Positions 19,801 to 29,224 are shown, counted from the stretch's first letter. The stretch is DNA of 63,896 bases from Fibrobacteria bacterium (GCA_043732185.1 JAYTHY010000104.1:1-63896); one strand, 5' to 3'. A program made the numbers and translations. Notes: generated by a model from the letters alone, not told the origin.

Positions 19801-20695
19801 CGGTGAGTTTTGAACCCTTTATAGGGAGCACCTGTGGCGTATAAGTGTATTTTTCCGTCGTGAAGGCGCTGGGGAAATACGTCCCGGTTTTAAAGGCTTG
19901 AGCGCGTAACACCACGATTTCACCGGGTGAATTACCCACCAGTGAGACGCTGTCCCCCAACGCGATGGGCCAAGTGTTGAGCGCTGCATTTGTATCCAAC
20001 GTATATCGGAATTGAACTCCGGCCGAAGTGCTTTTGAGTTTGACAGTCAGGGTTTTGGTGGTAAAGGTTTGGGTGCTTGGTATGGCAACGGGGGTGGCGG
20101 CTATTGTGTTCACGGTAAACTGGATTTGCATCGGGTCGCTGTCATCGTATCCAGGAGTGGTGGCATACGCCTTTAACAGAGTGCTGTAAGTAAATACCAA
20201 CGGTACGGAATACATTGAACTCAAAGCGTTTGGCGCAGTTCCATCGACAGTGTATCGGATAAATGGACTGATGCCATCTTTGGACACGAGTAGGCTGCAA
20301 GTGAGGCTGGTTGAAAAATAGGGGCTGAGGCCGTAATGGGCCACAGGGGGAGGCAGCTTGGCCCGTCTAAAAAAAGCGGTTGTTACTGTACTGTTGGCGC
20401 TTCCAGTCAGGACGCGAACGGCTTTGAGCGTAGTCGTTTTTTCAAAAAGTATCGGGGTATCTGCGTAAAGGCTATGGACAGCAAGTGTTGGCGACAGGCC
20501 GGTCAGGGTGTACCAGATTTGACCTTTCGATGTCCCACTATTTGAAAAGGTAACACTCATGGTACCCACGAAGGCGCTGTCTCCATTGGGCATCGGCAGT
20601 GGGGGTTCCAGCAATTGCGCTTGAGATACACCACAGCCCAAAACCAAAAGACATGACAAAACCAATCTCAACCGGATTTTAAATGGTACTCGCAT
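16874..20695 (-). CDS. Large secreted CHB_HEX_C-repeat protein, paralog of 10551..16718
   Basis: Signal peptide; about 7 IRYTxDG repeats; C-terminal ~600 aa colinear with its neighbour (DNVAN, HGWNQ..P.LENLYWP..RT, LEPW.GYFVY, LPDG, DTL.IY.GP). Confidence 0.85.
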   Translation of the reverse strand: MRVPFKIRLRLVLSCLLVLGCGVSQAQLLEPPLPMPNGDSAFVGTMSVTFSNSGTSKGQIWYTLTGLSPTLAVHSLYADTPILFEKTTTLKAVRVLTGSANSTVTTAFFRRAKLPPPVAHYGLSPYFSTSLTCSLLVSKDGISPFIRYTVDGTAPNALSSMYSVPLVFTYSTLLKAYATTPGYDDSDPMQIQFTVNTIAATPVAIPSTQTFTTKTLTVKLKSTSAGVQFRYTLDTNAALNTWPIALGDSVSLVGNSPGEIVVLRAQAFKTGTYFPSAFTTEKYTYTPQVLPIKGSKLTGFFYDNDTISLTTQTAGASIRYSLDGSQPVITSTLATGPIYISDSVIISAVAFKPPQPQSETFREVYSLRLTPPRSLRLTQPLADNSTQQFQDSVSITLRSACPGAKIYYTLDGSDPTLSSTLYTGKAIGITQNNTILSAIAIKGNVKSLISHNTFVKIAVIVKLSPPSIDPLVDEFEVAQLITLNSDNSEAEIRYTLDNTLPSANSLLYTGPITINTTTTLHVQAYSPAGTFEPSDVGEMKYTLLPSMPTSTPTAGSGPFLNQVQLTLKTGTYQGLIYYQLGDKPFDFTTAKLYTAGELITVKTTTTVQAMTVLGSGPTQLKSVILSQTYDIYTSLQVDTLPPGASTTLKTNIFFTNSSTVPILATVHSTNGFGLVGFTNAGFAIQLQSIPAGQVMNVSFTKPAAQSQSLYRIVNGIVEFVSANAQVKIVEGGEYFVGTDTLPPVISLLSQNARIGDSTSIRLWVRDNVANQECEITSPGLPGNKLLQKPDGEGVITASFKNPGSEPKSLWFRAQVTDYYNTTRFPKDPLGKYFLSQSWNNLESPGVFTLGNKEYPWDMAGLPINAKAPITWGQLKSDNVGSDLLAMVLKDSTGYIKLADDSLIRPGMAFWLGSLKPVASLSFSNFKAGESDSTGAYRLTLHHGWNQISDPALENLYWPISRTGSNFSTSLIKGLNEFVPTIMAYAPTDSLEPWKGYFVYFSGTKDSVLSLYTIPGKMPVTKASGTKALNGAQVGQGVEISLDFGRPIPLVLGASLQGQDDFSTEDEPQLPAWHPTFSVWSLRNEHQLSVDIQHFIPQALFHWTVVVAHTSNPSQINQEVVNMHIASAQLPDGYQAWVISRATGIKYRLEQDGTLPILGQQNDTLSIYAGPLDKLSESAEFSEAHSSVEHFSIQLETGSHGQLFLNLALPWKSQVSIRLWSVTGQLEAEIASREYGEGFYKLPLTALKRGHLCVLQVSLHGKLVNRTFSQKIMR

Positions 20696-20859
20696 CGCTG
20701 TCTAAATCCCCAAAACCTAATGGTATCGCCTACCAATAATAGGCTCTTATTCAGCTGTTGTGTTGGCCTTTGTATGGAGGGAATGGGTACTAAATGTCCT
20801 AACTAGGTGGTTTTTCCCAGCCGAATTTCGATATTTAGGGCACTAATCGAGGAGCAAAT

Positions 20860-21366
20860 ATGACGGATGGCGTTTTGGTAGGGGAGTCTCGCTGTTGGGT
20901 TTTTGGAAGTTCGCAGCCCATTAGTTCCCAGGATCCCGCTGTGGAAAAACGTTTAAACCGTTTTTTCGCAAACTGGAATTCCCACGGCATACCCGTGTCC
21001 GGTCGATGGCGGATTCTCTATGACCGGTTTCTGGTTGTCCTTCGGGAACCGGAAGGCGCGGAAGTATCCGGGTGCAGCATCGATTCCATGGTCGGCGAAG
21101 TCAAGCTCCTGGAGGCGGAGTTGCAAACCTCCTTGCTGGATTCAAGCCGGATTTTTTTACGCAATGATGCGGGAGATATCGAATCCATTTCGCGAACGGA
21201 ATTCAAAACACGATCTGCGGCGGGGCATATCACACCCGACACGGAAATTTTCGATACCACCTTAACTCGTTTATCGGATATGGAAGTGGGGATTTTTTCC
21301 AAACCGGTTCGCTCCTCCTGGCACTTGCGCCTCTACGAACAGGCTAGGAAACCGTTAGCCGAATAA
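20860..21366 (+). CDS. Conserved hypothetical protein (SGCSID family, often mis-named 'ABC transporter ATPase')
   Basis: RBS GAGGAG; motifs WVFGSS, WNSHG, SGCSID, FDTT, SSWH; no Walker motifs. Confidence 0.75.
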   Translation: MTDGVLVGESRCWVFGSSQPISSQDPAVEKRLNRFFANWNSHGIPVSGRWRILYDRFLVVLREPEGAEVSGCSIDSMVGEVKLLEAELQTSLLDSSRIFLRNDAGDIESISRTEFKTRSAAGHITPDTEIFDTTLTRLSDMEVGIFSKPVRSSWHLRLYEQARKPLAE

Positions 21367-21371
21367 GCTGG

Positions 21372-22217
21372 CTATGGCATGTCCTGAATGTGTGGGCTGT
21401 CACGGAAGCGCGAGTCCCCAAGATTGATGGGCCCTCGGCCATTTCCTAAACCAGGATTGGTTTGAATGGCATCGCGCACAAAGGCTCGCGCACGGGTAAC
21501 CGCTTCAACCAAATCAAATCCCAAAGCCAGGTTGGCGGTGAGTGCCGAAGCCAATGCACAGCCCGTACCATGGGTATGCTGGGTTTCAATGCGCTGTCCG
21601 GGAAAGGTGTGTACGCTTTGTTTGTGATACAAGTATTCGACCGGATCTCCTGGCAAATGCCCACCTTTAAGAAGAATGGAATAGGGCTTGTCGCGGCCAA
21701 AGGCCAGGAGGTGGGCGACTGCATTGGATTCCGTTGTGGCGCGGCCGGAAAGCAAATCGAATTCCGGCAAATTGGGTGTGATGACATAAGCCCTTGGCAA
21801 TAATCGATCGATGAAATCCGGAAGTCCATGCATATCGAACAGTCCAGTGCCGGAAGTGGACATCAGAACAGTATCGATTACGATTTTCACCTTTTCAAGC
21901 CGGGGTTGGGAGAGAATGCGAACTAAAGCCTGCACCATGCGTCGGCTCCCGACCGCGCCGATTTTGACGGCGTCCGGCAACAAATCCTCCAAGAGAAAAT
22001 TGATCTGTTCTTCGAGAAAATCCGGTTCCAAAGTTTTGACTTTGCGAATGCCCAAGGTGTTTTGCACCGTCAGCAAGGTAGGCACGGCCATGCCATATAC
22101 ACCATGTTGGTGGAAGGTTTTCAAATCCGCTTCCAGCCCTGCGCCACCGCTGGGATCCGAACCGGAAATGGTCAGGACGACGGGTTGTGAATGGGGTGTG
22201 TGAGCGTGCTTGTCCAA
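21372..22217 (-). CDS. thiD: Hydroxymethylpyrimidine/phosphomethylpyrimidine kinase
   Basis: LTISGSDPSGGAGLEADLKT, TPNLPE, LKGGH, THGTGCALAS. Confidence 0.95.
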   Translation of the reverse strand: MDKHAHTPHSQPVVLTISGSDPSGGAGLEADLKTFHQHGVYGMAVPTLLTVQNTLGIRKVKTLEPDFLEEQINFLLEDLLPDAVKIGAVGSRRMVQALVRILSQPRLEKVKIVIDTVLMSTSGTGLFDMHGLPDFIDRLLPRAYVITPNLPEFDLLSGRATTESNAVAHLLAFGRDKPYSILLKGGHLPGDPVEYLYHKQSVHTFPGQRIETQHTHGTGCALASALTANLALGFDLVEAVTRARAFVRDAIQTNPGLGNGRGPINLGDSRFRDSPHIQDMP

Positions 22218-22241
22218 GCCCTAATATTACTTATTAAAGGT

Positions 22242-24086
22242 CTATTCCGGAATGAACCGACTCGCCCATGCCCTGACTTGTTTCCCATTCAAAATATGGA
22301 ATTTGCGCAAGCGGAGCAACGTCTCAGCGCTGAAGGAAGCCATGGGAACCCACACCAGGCGGCGGTGGAATTGCTTGGCCATATTTTTCATCCTTAAACC
22401 GGGTTTAACCAGACTGACATAAGCAAGGGACTTCTCCCGACTGTTGAGCAAGGCGCCATAAAGAAGCTGTTCGGCCAAATTATGGAAGCCGAATTCTCGT
22501 GCTGGGAGCGTAAAAACATCCGCTACGGGCCGCGGGGGAAAGAGCAGACTCAGGCCACCGTACTCGGCTTCGGAAATGCCAGGGCCTATCAGTTTGGCAA
22601 GCGGATCGGTGGCGTAAAAAGTCAGCGTGGATTCTTCAGCATGCTCGGCATACCAGGTGGTGCGTGAAGGGTAGCGTTCATCCCGGCCTTCGTCAAATAG
22701 GATAACCACGGTATCCATGCGCCCCTTGGCGGGTGGGATCTCTTTAACATAAATGTTGCCAGTGTTCCAATTGCGCAGGGTCTCGCGCATATCGATGCCG
22801 TCTTTTAGCGAGGAAGATAATTTTTCGGTGCGGGCAAAGGCTTGCAGATCCAAATCTTGCGAACGACGACGAATGGCTTGGTTGAACCCTTCGATGCGAT
22901 CGTCTTCGGGTGTATGCGAGCACATGCCTCGCGCATCCCAATTGTAGCGATACTGGCGCTGGCGCTTCGGGTCCGGATCTTTTTTAAGCGTAAGGGTTTT
23001 CCAAACCTTGGGCTCATCTTCAAGCAGATTAAAAGCCTCGACGGGATCGTTTTCTCCCGGTGGCAGAATATGGTCGCGACCGACTTCCAATTGCTCTTGG
23101 CTAGATTCCATAGGGTCGAAAAAGGGATAAAATCGGCCCGCCTCCATGACTTTTGCGGCAAAGGAATTCCCGAATACGCCCTTGGCCGCAGCGACGATAT
23201 CGAGAAGATCCGGCGTGAGCCGCCGTTGTTGAACGGTTAGGTTGCGCAAAAAAATCAGCGCGGACTGAATCTTCTTCACAGATACGGCATTGGCATCTTG
23301 TTTATCGGATAGGAACTGGTTCCGGGTTTCGATGAAAATCTTTTTCACCAAATCCAGGTAGTCCATCGGCAATGACATGGGGTTCTGTCGCTCCTTTTCC
23401 ATTTCTCCGGCATAAAAGGGAAGTTCCCCGAGCGCAAAATAAAGTTGGCCGGGTTTGATGGGAAAAATTTTTACTTCCACCAAACTGTCCTGGCTTGGCG
23501 GTAGTGTTTTGGGGCGGGATCCGGCGCGGTACAATTCTTCAATGGCAATCAGCAAAGGGAAGTCGCAGAGGAAAAGGATGCGGGAATAGTGCGATTCCAA
23601 TTGCTGGAGGTGCGCAAAAGTCCGGAGACTCCGGTGTTCCAGGCGATCGTCTTTTTCTTTGCCGTTCAAAATTGTCTTGGCCAAGGAATAATATTCGACA
23701 AGCCCCAGACCATGCACCAGGTAGGCATCCGGCAAAGGTTGGAGGAATGGGCCTTCCAGAAGGGAATCGTCTTCCAGGAATTGAATGGGTATGCGTCGCT
23801 GCTTGGCTTGTCGCAAGGCTTCGATATAAGCGTCACACGGATCCATAGGCAGATAGGCCCGCACGCTGCCGTCTACGCGTACAACCACGGTCTGGATGGC
23901 TGGCAAAGCTTCAACCGCTTCCTGTGTGTCCTCTTGAACCGACGCAGGCAATGCAAAGGCTAAGACGTCGAATTTTTCTTGCCACAACAGTTTTCGAAGT
24001 GCCATGGCAAAGGGTGCCTTTCCATGACGCACCGGAAAGGCGGTTATTTTTGGATTGAGGCGGATGCCTGGATTGTCCAAGGCCAA
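22242..24086 (-). CDS. Conserved MoxR-associated protein (YehM/DUF5682-like N-terminus, VWA-like C-terminus)
   Basis: 614 aa directly after the MoxR gene; PVRHGKAPFA at the N-terminus; DGIDMRETLRNW...VVILFD. Confidence 0.7.
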   Translation of the reverse strand: MALDNPGIRLNPKITAFPVRHGKAPFAMALRKLLWQEKFDVLAFALPASVQEDTQEAVEALPAIQTVVVRVDGSVRAYLPMDPCDAYIEALRQAKQRRIPIQFLEDDSLLEGPFLQPLPDAYLVHGLGLVEYYSLAKTILNGKEKDDRLEHRSLRTFAHLQQLESHYSRILFLCDFPLLIAIEELYRAGSRPKTLPPSQDSLVEVKIFPIKPGQLYFALGELPFYAGEMEKERQNPMSLPMDYLDLVKKIFIETRNQFLSDKQDANAVSVKKIQSALIFLRNLTVQQRRLTPDLLDIVAAAKGVFGNSFAAKVMEAGRFYPFFDPMESSQEQLEVGRDHILPPGENDPVEAFNLLEDEPKVWKTLTLKKDPDPKRQRQYRYNWDARGMCSHTPEDDRIEGFNQAIRRRSQDLDLQAFARTEKLSSSLKDGIDMRETLRNWNTGNIYVKEIPPAKGRMDTVVILFDEGRDERYPSRTTWYAEHAEESTLTFYATDPLAKLIGPGISEAEYGGLSLLFPPRPVADVFTLPAREFGFHNLAEQLLYGALLNSREKSLAYVSLVKPGLRMKNMAKQFHRRLVWVPMASFSAETLLRLRKFHILNGKQVRAWASRFIPE

Positions 24087-24095
24087 GTGGTACGC

Positions 24096-25028
24096 TCAGT
24101 CTCGGCCGGGAGGATCGCGGTCCGGGTTCAGCGGGCTGTCTTCATCAAAGAAAAAATCTCCCAATTGCATATTGGGCAGGCGCAGGCCGTCGCGTTGCCG
24201 CCGTTCTGCCAGGGCTTCCATGTCCAGGGCTTCTGGACCCAGGATTTGGGCGATGGCGGTTGTGAACAATCGGTCCCAAGTATCCGGTTTTAGCTCGTTC
24301 AACTTTTGGGAATAGCGGATGGCATTCAATCCGTCGCGAATGGAATAAGGCAAATCAAGTCCGTGGGCCTTCTGGAGAAAGCCGACGCAAATGCGCAGCA
24401 GGTCTTCCGGGGCCGTAGGCAGGTTGTAGCGCAATATGCGCACTTCTTCTTCCGCCTTTGGGAAAGGCAATTCAATGGCGGGTTGGATCCGGGACATGAT
24501 GTAATCGGGGATTTCAAACGTGGAGTCGTCATCGTTCATGGTGACTACGCAGCGGAAATCCTTATGGGCCTTGATGCTGATTCCGGCCACTAAGGAATCC
24601 ACGGAGCGTCTATCGTCGAGCAGCGGCGCCAGGGAGGCCCAGGATTTTTCCGACATGCGGTTGCCTTCATCCAATATGACAGCGCCGCCCCGGATCATGG
24701 CTGTTACCAAAGGCGAAGCCTGGTATTTGATATTGCCTTTTTCCCCAAGTACGGGTGTGATGATGAGATCTTCGGGTCGGGTATCGGCCGTGCATTGGAG
24801 GATGTATACGTCTTGCCCACGTTTTTTGGCTGCCGCCATGCCCAGCGTGGTTTTGCCTAAGCCAGGATGGCCAACCAGCCTAGGGCAAAGCGCTTGATCG
24901 CCATCATGAATGCTCAGCCAGCAAGCCAGCAATTGGGTAAGCGGCTCGTCCTGGCCAATCCACTCAACCGCTAAGGTGACCGGGTTGGCCAGATGGATTT
25001 CAACATTCTCGATTTGCGCCGTTTTCAT
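24096..25028 (-). CDS. MoxR-family AAA+ ATPase (AAA_5)
   Basis: Walker [10 protein letters not shown], Walker [17 protein letters not shown]. Likely ATG at 25028; the ORF extends to 25115. Confidence 0.9.
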   Translation of the reverse strand: MKTAQIENVEIHLANPVTLAVEWIGQDEPLTQLLACWLSIHDGDQALCPRLVGHPGLGKTTLGMAAAKKRGQDVYILQCTADTRPEDLIITPVLGEKGNIKYQASPLVTAMIRGGAVILDEGNRMSEKSWASLAPLLDDRRSVDSLVAGISIKAHKDFRCVVTMNDDDSTFEIPDYIMSRIQPAIELPFPKAEEEVRILRYNLPTAPEDLLRICVGFLQKAHGLDLPYSIRDGLNAIRYSQKLNELKPDTWDRLFTTAIAQILGPEALDMEALAERRQRDGLRLPNMQLGDFFFDEDSPLNPDRDPPGRD

Positions 25029-25206
25029 GATGATTTCCAATACTAATTCCGCTTCTCGATACAGAGTTGCGGTCGGAATTCCAAAATCTACTAAATGGTG
25101 GTTGCGCTTTCCCATGGGCGGTATCTCGCACTTGTTTATAAATTAGGGGATAACGCAATTGAAGCGAACCACACGCAGTTGAAGCGAAGCCAAAAGGAGA
25201 TTCAAA

Positions 25207-26136
25207 ATGGAGCAGGTCGTCATCATAGGTTCCGGTCCCGCAGGACATACAGCCGCCATCTACGCAGCCCGCGCCAATCTGAATCCCCTCATGTTCGAAG
25301 GATTCATGGCGGCCGGTGTGGCTGCCGGAGGCCAATTGACTACGACTACGGAAGTTGAAAATTATCCCGGCTTCTTAAGTGTGGACGGCACGGAATTGAT
25401 GTATAAGATGCGTCAGCAAAGCGTGCATTGCGGAGCCCGGATTCGAACCGAAACCATCGAGCGCGTGGATTTGAGTCAGCAGCCGTTCAAAGTATTTACC
25501 GAAGACGCTATGATCGAAACCAAGTCCTTGATCCTGGCTACTGGAGCTACGGCCAAGCGGATGAATGTTCCCGGTGAATCTAAACTTTGGCAGCGCGGTA
25601 TTTCCGCCTGTGCGGTGTGTGATGGGGCATTGCCAACATTTCGCAATCAAAATCTGGTGGTTATCGGTGGTGGGGATACGGCCATTGAGGAAGCAACCTA
25701 TTTGACCAAGTTCGCTTCGCGTGTTTTTTTAATCCACCGTCGCGACAGCTTGCGGGCCAGTAAAGCCATGCAGGATCGGGCATTCAAGAATCCCAAATTG
25801 GAAATCATCTGGGATACCGTGTTGTTGGATGCCGAAGGCAATGATGGCCTGGAGAGAGTCAAGCTGCAGAATTTGAAAACCAATCAGGAAAGCTACATGG
25901 ACGCCAAAGGTTTATTCTATGCGATTGGACATACGCCCAATACCGGATTTCTAGGCGGCCAGATCAAAATCGACGAGCAGGGCTATATTCTCACAGAACC
26001 GGGTACTACCCGCACCAATGTTCCTGGTGTGTTTGCCGCCGGTGATGTGCAGGACAAGAAATACCGGCAAGCTGTGACTTCAGCGGGTACCGGTTGTATG
26101 GCCGCCTTGGATGCTGAGAATTTTCTGCATTCGTGA
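25207..26136 (+). CDS. trxB: Thioredoxin reductase
   Basis: GSGPAG, GGQLTTTTEVENYPG, CAVCDG, GGGDTA, AGDV; RBS AAGGAG. Confidence 0.97.
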   Translation: MEQVVIIGSGPAGHTAAIYAARANLNPLMFEGFMAAGVAAGGQLTTTTEVENYPGFLSVDGTELMYKMRQQSVHCGARIRTETIERVDLSQQPFKVFTEDAMIETKSLILATGATAKRMNVPGESKLWQRGISACAVCDGALPTFRNQNLVVIGGGDTAIEEATYLTKFASRVFLIHRRDSLRASKAMQDRAFKNPKLEIIWDTVLLDAEGNDGLERVKLQNLKTNQESYMDAKGLFYAIGHTPNTGFLGGQIKIDEQGYILTEPGTTRTNVPGVFAAGDVQDKKYRQAVTSAGTGCMAALDAENFLHS

Positions 26137-26206
26137 GCGGTTGCTGCACAACCATTCCCACAGAAACGAATAGGCTGAAATCATTTCGAATTCCCAAGGG
26201 ATAGCG

Positions 26207-27214
26207 TCAGGTCCCGAGGGATAGAATATAGGCCAACCGGTTGGAAAAGGTGTGTTTGGCAAGCACCAGCAGACGGTTCTTGGCTAACAATTCTGGTGCA
26301 ATCTTTTCAGCCAAGGCTGAACGGGCGGAATGCACGGCTTCTTCCACGCTGGCAAACGTCCGGTATTCACAGCCTTGCAATGTCTCGCGAATCAACGGGG
26401 CCTCTTCACTCAATAACAGACAGCCCGCCGCCAGGATATCGAAAATCCTGGGACTGACATGACAATTCTCCCTATCCAGTCCAGGTTCTTCCGAAGGCAG
26501 GTGAAGGCCGATGGTTGCGTCTTCCAAAAGTGCGCTGGCCTGCTCTGGCCCAAACCAACCGGTTCCTATCAGGCAGGTCGTCAATGGCCCACGGTATTTC
26601 TCCCAACCGGCTCCTGCTATGGCAAGGGGGATTCCCGCATTAACCATGGTTTCCAGAACAAGCACGCGGTATGCGCTCGGAAACCCTATAAAAGCAATGG
26701 TGTTTTTGCGTTCGCCGGTAGGCCGTATCTGTGAACGGGTAGGGAGCAGGAACGCGGTAGGTAGATAATGGTATTGCGTTCCACTAGCCAGGCACGCCTC
26801 TTGCACGGGCCCTTTCTGAATGGCAAGGAAATGGTGGTAGGCGGGCAAAACATCTTTCCAGTATTTAGCCTGCCTAAAGTCTTCAAAGAACCAATGCAAC
26901 GTGATCATGTTCTGACGACGCAACAGATTGACGGTGAAACGGGTGATGGGTGCTAGAGCCATCACTAGAATGTGAGTGGCGGCAAAATCCAAGCTTTGTA
27001 CTATCAAGGCCTGATTGGCCAAATCCACAACCATGTCATCGGTGGGCCGTTTGAGCAATCCATCGAAACCATCCAGGTACGATTTGGTATCAAAAAGTTT
27101 GCGTCTTTCGGCAGGCAACAACGCACACAAGGTTTCCCAGGCTTTTTCTCCAACCTGCCGGGCCGCGCCTTCCGGCGGCAGCACCAAAATCCATTTTTTA
27201 GAGGCATTATTCAT
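26207..27214 (-). CDS. CgeB-like GT-B glycosyltransferase
   Basis: HWFFED, FIGFPSAYR, SPRIFDILAAG, HTFSNRL (Glyco_trans_1_2-like C-terminus). Confidence 0.75.
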   Translation of the reverse strand: MNNASKKWILVLPPEGAARQVGEKAWETLCALLPAERRKLFDTKSYLDGFDGLLKRPTDDMVVDLANQALIVQSLDFAATHILVMALAPITRFTVNLLRRQNMITLHWFFEDFRQAKYWKDVLPAYHHFLAIQKGPVQEACLASGTQYHYLPTAFLLPTRSQIRPTGERKNTIAFIGFPSAYRVLVLETMVNAGIPLAIAGAGWEKYRGPLTTCLIGTGWFGPEQASALLEDATIGLHLPSEEPGLDRENCHVSPRIFDILAAGCLLLSEEAPLIRETLQGCEYRTFASVEEAVHSARSALAEKIAPELLAKNRLLVLAKHTFSNRLAYILSLGT

Positions 27215-28691
27215 GCGTATTCCAACCCTTGGATCGTGCGACGGCCTTTTGCCATTGGTCGATCAAAGCTTTTCGGCGGGATGTACTCATGGTCGATTTA
27301 AAGACGCGGTGGGGTTGTGCCAACTTGAGCAAGTCGCGGGGCGAAGTTATCAAGCCACACCCCAGGGCAGCCAACATGGCAGCGCCCAGCGCCGTGACTT
27401 CGGGGCTTTCTTGCACGCAAACCTCGGCATTCAAAAGGTCGGCTTGAAATTGCATCAGCAGATGGTTTTGTGTGGCTCCACCATCGACATTCAAAACGTG
27501 TATCCGGTCAGCAAAGGCCTGACATAAATCCAGGCTCTGGAATGCAATAGATTCGAGGGCAGCTCGGCAAAGATGGGCGCGTGTCGTTCCCCGCGTAAGG
27601 CCGATGATGAGTCCACGGGCATCCGGATCCCAATGCGGTGTGCCGAGGCCTGCGAAAGCGGGTACGAAATAAACTCCCTCATTGGAAGTCAAGCTGGCGG
27701 CCAAGCTTTCCGAATCCGCCGATTTCTCGATCAAGCCCAATCCGTCGCGTAAAAATTGGATGACGGCTCCTCCAATCATCACTGCGCCTTCATGCGCATA
27801 GGTGGTTTTGCCTTTCAGGGTCCAACCCACGGTTCCGAGTAATCCTTTAGGGGGCGTGTGATATTTTTCACCAATGTTCTTGAGGAGAAAGCAGCCCGTG
27901 CCATATGTGTTTTTGAGGCTGCCGACTTTAAAGCAGCGATGACCGAACAGGGACGCTTGTTGATCGCCGGCGACTCCATGGATACGTACGCCTTCCAGAC
28001 CCGGCACCGTCAGTTCACCAAAGCAGGCGTCGGAATCCAGAATTTCCGGAAGGGTGTGGCTCGGGATCCCGAAAAGTTTCATCAAGCCCGCATCCCATTG
28101 CTGTTTTCTAATGTCCATGAGCAACGTGCGAGAGGCATTGCTGACTTCGATAACGTGGCGGTTACCGCCCGTCAATTTATGGATAAGCCAACTGTCCACG
28201 GTTCCAAACGCTAAGTGCTTTGCCCTGGCCGCTTCCCGCACCTTGGCATTCTGCTTCAACAACCAGTGCATTTTACTGGCGGAGAAATAGGGATCGAGTA
28301 GCAATCCCGTTTTTCGACGCACCTCGGATTCATGGCCACCTTTTTTAAGCTGCTGGCAGAAGGCGGCAGTGCGACGATCCTGCCAAACGATGGCGGGTGC
28401 CAGGGCTTGTCCGGTGCGCTTGTCCCAGGCAAGCAAAGTTTCGCGTTGGTTGGTGATGCCGAGCGCGGCGACATTCTGAGCGCTGAGACCGTTGCGCTCA
28501 ATGAGCGTCCTAAGAGTTGCCCACTGGGACGACCAGATTTCTTCCGGGTCATGCTCCACCCAGCCCGGCTTCGGAAAATGCTGTGGGAATTCCTGCTGCG
28601 CCTGATCGATTTTTTCCAGGCGGCTAGTGTACAGGATGGATCGGGAACTGGTAGTGCCCTGGTCCAAAGCAAGGATGAATTTTTCCATCAT
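27207..28691 (-). CDS. glpK: Glycerol kinase
   Basis: LDQGTTSSR, GITNQRET, AIVWQDRR, GDQQASLFG, KNTYGTGCF. Confidence 0.97.
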   Translation of the reverse strand: MMEKFILALDQGTTSSRSILYTSRLEKIDQAQQEFPQHFPKPGWVEHDPEEIWSSQWATLRTLIERNGLSAQNVAALGITNQRETLLAWDKRTGQALAPAIVWQDRRTAAFCQQLKKGGHESEVRRKTGLLLDPYFSASKMHWLLKQNAKVREAARAKHLAFGTVDSWLIHKLTGGNRHVIEVSNASRTLLMDIRKQQWDAGLMKLFGIPSHTLPEILDSDACFGELTVPGLEGVRIHGVAGDQQASLFGHRCFKVGSLKNTYGTGCFLLKNIGEKYHTPPKGLLGTVGWTLKGKTTYAHEGAVMIGGAVIQFLRDGLGLIEKSADSESLAASLTSNEGVYFVPAFAGLGTPHWDPDARGLIIGLTRGTTRAHLCRAALESIAFQSLDLCQAFADRIHVLNVDGGATQNHLLMQFQADLLNAEVCVQESPEVTALGAAMLAALGCGLITSPRDLLKLAQPHRVFKSTMSTSRRKALIDQWQKAVARSKGWNTHE

Positions 28692-29224
28692 CTTCGTCGT
28701 TTGAATTTGCGTACTAACGTTAATGCGAATACCAGCGCTCCAGCCCCGGCTAGGACCCAGACCATGCTTCTACCGGCCGCCCCGGGATTTTTTAGCACGG
28801 CCGTAAAAACAATTGCGAAAAGCAACAGTGTCGCCACTTCATTCCAAATGCGCAACTGTATAGAGGACAGACGGCAACGTCCGAGGGCTAAATCGGATCG
28901 GATCTTACCGCATAAGAAATGATAGGTGATAAGCAAGGCTAAAAACACGATTTTGAGTTGGAACCAACCTGTTTCCCAGGCTCTGGTAAGCGCCATCAAC
29001 CAAAGTCCAAAACCAACCGTTGCCACCATGGCAGGCCAGGAAATGCCATACCAAAGGCGCCGTTCCATCAAAGTGAATTGTGCGCGCAAAACCTTAGCCT
29101 CGGTCTCCGGGCGCCCATCCGCCTCCACATGGTAAATGAATAGCCGAACGATGTACAGAAGGCCCGCGAACCAGCTGACCACGGAAATGAGATGCAGGGC
29201 TTTGATATAGAGATAGGCGTTCAT
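28688..29224 (-). CDS. hemJ: Protoporphyrinogen oxidase HemJ
   Basis: KALHLISVVSWFAGLLYIVRLFIYH, MERRL, RIWNEVAT. Confidence 0.93.
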   Translation of the reverse strand: MNAYLYIKALHLISVVSWFAGLLYIVRLFIYHVEADGRPETEAKVLRAQFTLMERRLWYGISWPAMVATVGFGLWLMALTRAWETGWFQLKIVFLALLITYHFLCGKIRSDLALGRCRLSSIQLRIWNEVATLLLFAIVFTAVLKNPGAAGRSMVWVLAGAGALVFALTLVRKFKRRR

